Source: Bdellovibrionota bacterium
Lineage (GTDB): Bacteria; Bdellovibrionota; UBA2428
Direction of reading: 5' to 3'
DNA length: 64,000 nt
Assembly: GCA_964201665.1 (NCBI GenBank)
Contig: CAXNEW010000002.1
Span: 9,807 to 73,806, forward strand
Positions 57,631-64,000 of this stretch are shown one piece after another. How positions within the stretch are numbered: position 1 is the first letter of the stretch; each line of letters begins with the position of its first letter. Under the pieces are notes generated by a model. The model saw only the letters and a program-made list of their open reading frames with translations. It ran no database searches and was not told the origin of the DNA. The translations under genes and the position numbers were made by a program.

Positions 57631-58614
57631 GTGAAAAAACTAAACAACGGTTACTTTTTTATAAAACTGGTCACCGTAGGTTTTTCATTGTTTTTCCAAT
57701 TCCAAGTTTGGAGTATCGATCAAAAGGGATGGATTCAGTGCCGTGAACTTCATGAAAGACTTGGGCAAGTCGCAGGCCGACTTGAGAGTCGACTCCAAAG
57801 AGACACCGGCCTGTTACAAGATTTAAATGCAAGAATTCCCGAAATTTCCGGAGTCGAAAAGCAGCTCAATGACATTGCCGATGGCACTCAGGGCGCCAAC
57901 AATGCTGGAGTGTATTTGGTCACGCTACCTGATGGTAGGAAACAAGTTTTAAAACTTGTTTCCGAAGCAGGGTCAGACATGAAAAAACTTGGTGACGATT
58001 TCTGGCCAGCAAATGGAGATTTTCCCACAGATCCAAGAAATATTTTCCGGTCTTCTGCTGAAATTCAAACGGCATTGGCACGGCTGGGTATGGCTCCACA
58101 GATCCAGGGTCTCATCCCGCCTGGCAGTTTTGAAGCTTGGTACCTGGCGAACAAATCCAAATTCGTCGGTACTCGTATTGAGGAACTCATGAACAATCCC
58201 AACAGGAAAAGAATTGTTGGGGTGTTTATGGATCCTATTGAAGGAAGTCCCTGGGCACTTTCACGAGCACCTAGCACGGCGGAGCTTAAAATGAATCGCA
58301 TTCGGGATTTCCCGGGTTTTCTGAAAGAGTGGGATATCGATAAACTTAAAATTGTTTTAAAAAATGTTGGGACCCTAAAAAAGAATGTGAGACAGTTAGG
58401 GATAAATCCTGTGGATTTACAGATAATGCTCGGCCCTGATGGAATTCCTGTTTTAGTTGATTTGGATGTTTATAGAATAGGTGTTGATATTTCCGCGTTA
58501 GATCTGCAGATTAAAACTCAAGCAAGAAAAATTATTGAATATTATGAATTTGCCCATAGAAAAGAATTTACAAGAGAGGAAAGACTCGGGCTCATTTCAC
58601 TTGCCCTAGAGTAG
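57631..58614 (+). CDS. Hypothetical protein within the tad locus
   Basis: N-terminal TM/signal (FFIKLVTVGFSLFF). A weak, unverified kinase-like stretch (GINPVDLQIMLGPDGIPVLVDLD). Confidence 0.4.
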   Translation: MKKLNNGYFFIKLVTVGFSLFFQFQVWSIDQKGWIQCRELHERLGQVAGRLESRLQRDTGLLQDLNARIPEISGVEKQLNDIADGTQGANNAGVYLVTLPDGRKQVLKLVSEAGSDMKKLGDDFWPANGDFPTDPRNIFRSSAEIQTALARLGMAPQIQGLIPPGSFEAWYLANKSKFVGTRIEELMNNPNRKRIVGVFMDPIEGSPWALSRAPSTAELKMNRIRDFPGFLKEWDIDKLKIVLKNVGTLKKNVRQLGINPVDLQIMLGPDGIPVLVDLDVYRIGVDISALDLQIKTQARKIIEYYEFAHRKEFTREERLGLISLALE

Positions 58615-58628
58615 TCTGGCTAAACAAA

Positions 58629-59489
58629 TTAAAGTAAATTAAAAACTGTTTCGGGAGTGTTTTGCGCGGAATCAAACATTTCTAAATTATTGACTCCCAT
58701 TAAATAGATATTATTTCCTTGGTCGATAAAAATTTCAGGTTTTAAGGCATAGAGTCCTGCTAATTTCAGCTTGGTTTTTAGTTCCACAATTTGTGTTTGA
58801 ATGGCCCTAGGGCATTTGGAAAACGAACAATCTAATTTTCTAACTGAAATGTGGCCCTTACTCATAAGACCGAATAAATCCTCATCGGAGGCTAACTGCT
58901 TTTTCCAATCTTTAAATTTGCTACTTCTCGCAAAGAAATCTTTCATTTTTGGGTCATACAGGATGCCGACTGCCAGTGTGGGAATTTTAAACTCGGCCAT
59001 TTTTTCAAAGACTTGGGCCATCTTTTGAATGAACTCAGACCCAGTCTTAAAGCCCGAATTCGCCAGGTGAATCGAAAAAAGTTGGATTGTGACTTTAACG
59101 GGTTTCCCAGGGGACTGAACTTGGGCTCCGAGCTCGATATCTAGGGCTTTAAAATAGTGTTCTCCAGAAAAAGGGGATGCGGGAAGGTGAGTGGTGCCCA
59201 AAAATTCATAAAGTAATGTGTGGTCAAAAATAGGGATTGGGGTTGAGGGGTAGGCCAGTGGATTTGAGACAAGTTGCGAAAGTTTGGTGGCGGCATTGGA
59301 GTCGTTTCCGACACTTAAAATTTTATTCACGTCGCCTGGCTGGCATAAATCTTCACCCATTCCAAACGTCGTTGAACAAATGCTGACAAACCCAAGGGTT
59401 AGAAAAACTTTTAAATAACTCAAAAATTTTTCACAGGAATTTTTCATCAATTTAGCTCTTGGGTTAGTTAAAATAATGCGCAATGTCAA
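58629..59489 (-). CDS. Hypothetical secreted protein (opposite strand within the tad locus)
   Basis: Signal peptide (FLTLGFVSICSTTFG). No recognized motif. Confidence 0.4.
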   Translation of the reverse strand: MTLRIILTNPRAKLMKNSCEKFLSYLKVFLTLGFVSICSTTFGMGEDLCQPGDVNKILSVGNDSNAATKLSQLVSNPLAYPSTPIPIFDHTLLYEFLGTTHLPASPFSGEHYFKALDIELGAQVQSPGKPVKVTIQLFSIHLANSGFKTGSEFIQKMAQVFEKMAEFKIPTLAVGILYDPKMKDFFARSSKFKDWKKQLASDEDLFGLMSKGHISVRKLDCSFSKCPRAIQTQIVELKTKLKLAGLYALKPEIFIDQGNNIYLMGVNNLEMFDSAQNTPETVFNLL

Positions 59490-59527
59490 ACTAAAATCTA
59501 TTCACTAAGCCCCAAGCATTTGAATTT

Positions 59528-60526
59528 ATGGGTGACGCAACCTGGCGGGGCCCCGAGATCACCTCCAAGACAAGAACTGTAAAGAAATCTGGGGCTTATT
59601 CCGAAAACGTCTTCGTGAACCAGTCACGTGCATTTTTAGTGAGCTTAATTTTTGCCGGTGTGGCCATGCTTCTTGTTTATTTTTACATTTCCGAAAAAGA
59701 AGCAGCCATAAAGGCAGAGTTTGGAACCGATGTGGCTGTGGTTGTTGCCGCTCGGGATATCAACGAATTTGAACAGATTCAGGCCAACATGGTGACCACT
59801 CAAGTTGTTCCAAAAAAGTTTGCTCAACCCGGAAGTAATTCTGATCCTGGAGTCTTTTTAACTAGCGGATCTGTGGCAGCTGCCCCCATCCGCAAAGGTG
59901 AACAGATTCTATTGACCAAAGTTCTGCTAAAGGGAGCCGAAACCGGACTTTCAACTCAAGTTGGAGTTACCAAGCGAGCCCTTTCAGTTCCAGTGAACGA
60001 AGTCACCGGAGTTACAAAACTCTTAAAACCCGGCGATCGAGTGGACATTGTTTCTAATGTTCCGTACCAAAATAAAACCGGTGGGCAAGAATCAGAAGTA
60101 AAAACAATTCTTCAAGATATAAACGTGCTCGCAGTCGGCGAAGTTATTCAAAATCAGATTCCCTCAGTTTTTGAAGAGGATCCACTCACGGCGACTAAAA
60201 GAGCGGTCAATTTGCGGGGAAGCCGGGCCTTTAACACTGTAACTATTGAGGTGAGCCCTCTTGAGGCTCAATCATTGATTTTTGTAATTCAAAGTGGAGC
60301 AGAGCTTTTTTTAACATTGCGCAATCCCATTGATCGACAGGTGAGCTCAATTCCTACCACCACAGTTGATGAAGTTTTGGGCGAAAACTCACGGAAGGCC
60401 CGCGGCGGAGCGAGGTCTCTAGCGGCAGAATCTCCGGTAAGGCTGCCGGCAAGTATTCCAGCGGCAAGGCCTGCTACGCCGCCACCTAATCCATGGTCCC
60501 AAGGAGGAGGCGCTTTCGTAAAATAG
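59528..60526 (+). CDS. cpaB: Flp pilus assembly protein CpaB/RcpC
   Basis: N-terminal TM, SAF-like region (VAVVVAARDINEFEQI), and the RcpC beta-domain. Confidence 0.75.
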   Translation: MGDATWRGPEITSKTRTVKKSGAYSENVFVNQSRAFLVSLIFAGVAMLLVYFYISEKEAAIKAEFGTDVAVVVAARDINEFEQIQANMVTTQVVPKKFAQPGSNSDPGVFLTSGSVAAAPIRKGEQILLTKVLLKGAETGLSTQVGVTKRALSVPVNEVTGVTKLLKPGDRVDIVSNVPYQNKTGGQESEVKTILQDINVLAVGEVIQNQIPSVFEEDPLTATKRAVNLRGSRAFNTVTIEVSPLEAQSLIFVIQSGAELFLTLRNPIDRQVSSIPTTTVDEVLGENSRKARGGARSLAAESPVRLPASIPAARPATPPPNPWSQGGGAFVK

Positions 60527-60528
60527 TT

Positions 60529-62337
60529 ATGGCAAAAATTAATTTGAAAATGTTTATGGCCTTGGTTCTTCTGCTTTCGGCGAAGGCCTTCGCTCAGGAT
60601 ACGACTAGCGTGGGGAGTCCGCCCACTGAGCCCATTGCAACTCAGCCGCCGCAGGTAAATGCGGCAACAACCAATTCGGGTACGAATGGAGTTGTCCCTG
60701 AAACTCCTGCATTTTCGTTTAGCGCTGGGGATCGCCCTTTTAAGTCACTTTCAAAAACTGCGATTCCGTCTCCAGTTGCAAACAAAGTGGGCGGGATTGC
60801 AGATACAAATATCGAAGCTGTTTTAGAAAACCGACTCGATTTAAAGCCTGAACTGGGTTTTGAGGATTTGTTTTTAACTAAAAAGTCGAGCACCGTTCTT
60901 GATATTCAAAACCTAGGCCGCGACGTGAAAGAACTATGCTCTAAACTCACAGTGCTGGGAATCTTGCCAGGCGGTGAAGTTGATAATTCGGGAGGTTTTC
61001 GTGTGACCGCGGGGGACCAAGCCGGGTCCACCCAGGTTTTAGTCTATGACGGAAAAGCCTCCACGGATTGCAAAGAACTTGGCAAACTCTTGAAAGTTTA
61101 TCGAGTCACGGTATCAGAGCAGGATTTGTTTGCTCTGCTACAAGAACTCAAAACACTTATTGGCTCTGTCGAAGGAATTGAAATTAGAATCGTCGGAGAC
61201 AAAATTATTGTAGACGGAAATATTTTAATTCCCAAAGAAATGAGAAGGGTTCTGGCCGTTTTGAATCGTTATATTTCAGAAAAAAAGCCCATCGTGAATT
61301 TGGTAGAGATGTCACCTCTTACGCTCAAACTCATTGGCGAAAAAATGGAAGAAGAAATTGCGGGTGGTAAAGAACGCCAGCGCGATATCAAAGTCAAAAT
61401 CCTAAATGGTAGATTTTTTCTTGAAGGCAACGTGGATAAACGCGTAGATCGCGAAGTCGCTGAAAAAATTTGCCAAAGTTATATTTCTGAACGTTACCAA
61501 ATGGACGCCCCTGCAGCCGGCGGACGTCTTGAGAAACCTACCTTTGCCAGTCTTGGAGAATGCGTGTCGATGATTCGAATTCGCGCAGGACAACCCAAAG
61601 ATCCTGACCCCATTATCAATGTCAGAATTGATTTTGTTACTATAAACAGAGATTATTTAAAAACTTTTGACTTTAGATGGGCGCCCGGGATTAGCGCCGA
61701 GGGTGGCGTGGAGTTTGACTCTGATGCCGGAAGATTCGTGAACCGATTTATCGGGACACTTTCAAATTTGTTTCCAAAACTCGATTCACTCTCTCAGAAT
61801 GGTAATGCTCGTACATTGAAAACAGTTTTTGTGCCCGTTCGAGATGGGGACGACGGAAATGGCCAGCCTGCCGAAGCGACCGTGAGAGAAACTCTGAATT
61901 TAGGATTTAGCACTGCGGGGACTCCGACCGCCCCGGGGCAATCGGGTTCAACTCCGGTAACTACATCAGTTTCGATTCGGGCGAGGTCAATTTCTGGTTC
62001 CGATCGTATCAATCTTGGTATCAAAGCAGTTCAGACCGAAGTCAAAAGAATTCGGAGTGATGGTCCCTCGGATACGCTCGAAAACTCCGTCGACACTCAG
62101 GTTGTGATTCCAAACGGTGAAAGTGCGGCTGTAGGTGGACTCATTGCCGAACGTCGACAGGTGAGTTACGGGCGTGGCCCCTCCAATGAAGGCACAGTAA
62201 CTATTTTTAAATTAGATAGGGCTCACCAGTTTAGGGACGACAAAAGTCAGTTTATTGTTTTTGTGACGCCAACAAAACTCCGAACTACTACAGAAGGAAC
62301 CGAAGTTTTAAAACGTAAATTTCGGTTAAGAAGGTAA
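60529..62337 (+). CDS. cpaC: Flp pilus secretin CpaC/RcpA
   Basis: Signal peptide MAKINLKMFMALVLLLSAKAFAQD. Strong RBS AAGGAGGAGG. C-terminal secretin motif (VVIPNGESAAVGGLIAE ... FVTPTKL). Confidence 0.75.
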   Translation: MAKINLKMFMALVLLLSAKAFAQDTTSVGSPPTEPIATQPPQVNAATTNSGTNGVVPETPAFSFSAGDRPFKSLSKTAIPSPVANKVGGIADTNIEAVLENRLDLKPELGFEDLFLTKKSSTVLDIQNLGRDVKELCSKLTVLGILPGGEVDNSGGFRVTAGDQAGSTQVLVYDGKASTDCKELGKLLKVYRVTVSEQDLFALLQELKTLIGSVEGIEIRIVGDKIIVDGNILIPKEMRRVLAVLNRYISEKKPIVNLVEMSPLTLKLIGEKMEEEIAGGKERQRDIKVKILNGRFFLEGNVDKRVDREVAEKICQSYISERYQMDAPAAGGRLEKPTFASLGECVSMIRIRAGQPKDPDPIINVRIDFVTINRDYLKTFDFRWAPGISAEGGVEFDSDAGRFVNRFIGTLSNLFPKLDSLSQNGNARTLKTVFVPVRDGDDGNGQPAEATVRETLNLGFSTAGTPTAPGQSGSTPVTTSVSIRARSISGSDRINLGIKAVQTEVKRIRSDGPSDTLENSVDTQVVIPNGESAAVGGLIAERRQVSYGRGPSNEGTVTIFKLDRAHQFRDDKSQFIVFVTPTKLRTTTEGTEVLKRKFRLRR

Positions 62338-62339
62338 GA

Positions 62340-64000
62340 GTGGTGTCGGCTTCCAACCTTGGCCCCAATGGTCACATCATCGCAGTAATCGGCGGCAAGG
62401 GTGGGGTTGGTAAAAGCGTGTTTTCGGCAAACTTAGCTGTGGCCATGGCCCAAGATGCAAAGATTGGTCCCGCCCTTTTGGATTTTGATCCCAACGCGAA
62501 TTCTGACATTCAGTTAATTTTGGGTGTTAAACAAGTTACGGGTTTTGGCGATCAAATCGTCGAAGGCAAAATTCGCGATTCAGCTGAACTTAAAAAATTT
62601 TTCAAAGCCATTCCGGTAGGTCCAAACATTTTGCCACTTCACTACTTGCAGATGTGCCAAAACGGCGATCGCTTGTTGACTGAAGCCGATGACAAAATTG
62701 AATCTGCACTTAAACTCATTCGAAAAACTTTTCCGGTCACTATTGTTGATTGCGGGAGTCGCATTGAAGGAGGGGTGCTAAAGGTTCTCGATTTAGCCTC
62801 TGTTATTTTGGTAGTTACCAATCCCGAGATTCTCGTTTTAAATCAGACCCGAAAAATTATTGATAAACTTCAAGTTTCTCTTTTTCCTCAGGAAATAACC
62901 AAAGTCGTTGTGAACAAAATGACTGCGGGAAATCCCTATTCGCCACAATTTATAGAACAAAGCTTAAAAAGGCAGATTGTCTCAGTCATTGCTGATGATG
63001 CCCCCACAGCACAAGGTGCCCTTGCCAAAGGCGCGCCCATGGTTGTGGTGGCTCCGCAGTCGGCTGTAAGTAAATGTTATTTTGCTTTAAGTCGCGTTCT
63101 TATAGATAAGGGACTTTTAGTCCAAGCGGCAGCGACTCAACGAAAGCCGAGGCCACCAACTCAATCGTCTGCGCCAGCCGGAGCCGCCTCGGGTGAGGCA
63201 GCAGCAAACTCCTCAGCAACGGCTTCAACGGGAGCAGATGCAGGGCCTGCCATGGGCCGTTTTGGCAGAGACCCGCGGGATGCTCGAAGTCTTTTTAAGG
63301 TGCGTATGCACGGACTGCTTGTTGAGCGAATGGACCTCAAGGCCGAGCAAATTGGACGCAATGTGAACCCGCAAAAAGTAAAGGAAATGCGCGAAAAGGC
63401 AACACGCATTTTGTCGGATTTGTTAAATGCAGAAGATCATCAGTGGAAGGCCCGCGCAGACACCCAACAAATAATTAAAGAGATTTTGGACGAAACTTTT
63501 GGAATGGGGCCTTTAGAAGACTTGTTGGCTGACGATACGGTAACCGAAATTATGGTCAATCGTGCTGACAAAATTTACATTGAAAAAGCAGGACGCTCAA
63601 TAAAGTCAGCTGTGACATTTTCGAGTAATGCTCAACTAAAAACAGTTATTGAGAGAATTGTAAGCCCCATGGGCCGAGTGATCAATGAATCGAGCCCCTA
63701 TGTTGATGCCAGGCTTCCTGATGGAAGTCGGGTTCACGCCATTATTCCTCCATTGGCAATTGATGGGCCGATGGTAACTATTCGGAAATTTCCAAAAAGA
63801 AGACTCGGACCTGATGACTTACTCAAGTTTGGAACCCTGACCCCTGAAATGGTGGATTTTTTAAGGATGTGCATTGAAATCAGGGCCAACGTTTTGATCA
63901 GTGGTGGCACGGGTTCTGGTAAAACTACCCTTCTTAATATTTTAAGCGGATTTATTCCCGCAAACGAACGCATTTTAACTGTCGAAGACGCCGCCGAATT
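62340..64000 (+). CDS. cpaE-cpaF: CpaE/TadZ-like ParA/MinD ATPase fused in frame to CpaF/TadA (3'-partial)
   Basis: GTG start. HIIAVIGGKGGVGKS deviant Walker A. About 250-aa ParA-like domain. A ~45-aa Ala/Ser/Pro/Gln-rich linker. Then CpaF N-terminal region (GMGPLEDLLADDTVTEIMVN) and Walker A GGTGSGKTT. No stop codon in this frame from 62340 to the window end. Confidence 0.6.
   Translation, partial: MVSASNLGPNGHIIAVIGGKGGVGKSVFSANLAVAMAQDAKIGPALLDFDPNANSDIQLILGVKQVTGFGDQIVEGKIRDSAELKKFFKAIPVGPNILPLHYLQMCQNGDRLLTEADDKIESALKLIRKTFPVTIVDCGSRIEGGVLKVLDLASVILVVTNPEILVLNQTRKIIDKLQVSLFPQEITKVVVNKMTAGNPYSPQFIEQSLKRQIVSVIADDAPTAQGALAKGAPMVVVAPQSAVSKCYFALSRVLIDKGLLVQAAATQRKPRPPTQSSAPAGAASGEAAANSSATASTGADAGPAMGRFGRDPRDARSLFKVRMHGLLVERMDLKAEQIGRNVNPQKVKEMREKATRILSDLLNAEDHQWKARADTQQIIKEILDETFGMGPLEDLLADDTVTEIMVNRADKIYIEKAGRSIKSAVTFSSNAQLKTVIERIVSPMGRVINESSPYVDARLPDGSRVHAIIPPLAIDGPMVTIRKFPKRRLGPDDLLKFGTLTPEMVDFLRMCIEIRANVLISGGTGSGKTTLLNILSGFIPANERILTVEDAAE

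Noticed and set aside
1-64000. CRISPR arrays, rRNA or tRNA genes
   Set aside because: I found no regularly spaced short direct repeats. No intergenic region has the cloverleaf-compatible conserved tRNA boxes or rRNA-like sequence.

Overview
This 64-kb chromosomal window looks like it comes from a low-GC, Bdellovibrio-like predatory bacterium. That guess is low confidence and rests only on gene content: multiple flagellin paralogs, Tad/Flp pili, and many secreted proteins and lipoproteins. Conserved housekeeping genes run recO, then lepA-pyrB-carA-(orf)-carB-greA-recG, tatA, an inositol monophosphatase, an asparaginase, a CBS-domain protein, an NtrC-type response regulator with its histidine kinase, rsmH-ftsL-ftsI-murE, and a DegT aminotransferase. 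Interleaved with these are accessory stretches. (1) A small flp/tadE mini-operon at 1.6-4.0 kb. (2) An HTH-HipA (YjjJ-like) kinase with tandem 12-bp repeats at its start. (3) A two-gene cassette (small ORF + minimal nucleotidyltransferase) bracketed by two 225-bp highly structured direct repeats, followed by a recently duplicated pair of unknown membrane-anchored paralogs, an SGNH hydrolase, and a wHTH-GHKL ATPase-STAS-like (DUF4325-like) protein with AATTGTAAAC operator repeats. (4) A flagellin island in which two fliC paralogs, each with a sigma-28-like promoter and an intrinsic terminator, bracket two Thr/Ser-rich lipoproteins and a 693-aa protein with an EF-hand/dockerin-like C-terminus. 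(5) A full Tad locus with three tandem Flp-like pilins, two TadE-like pseudopilins, cpaB, cpaC and an apparent in-frame cpaE-cpaF (TadZ-TadA) fusion that runs off the window end. A ~35-nt REP-like palindromic motif family (core CTCACTTCGTTCG..ATGAC) recurs in at least five intergenic sites and shares sequence with the edges of the 225-bp structured repeat. I saw no CRISPR arrays, rRNA or tRNA genes. All calls come from reading the ORF translations and the nucleotide sequence; no database searches were run.
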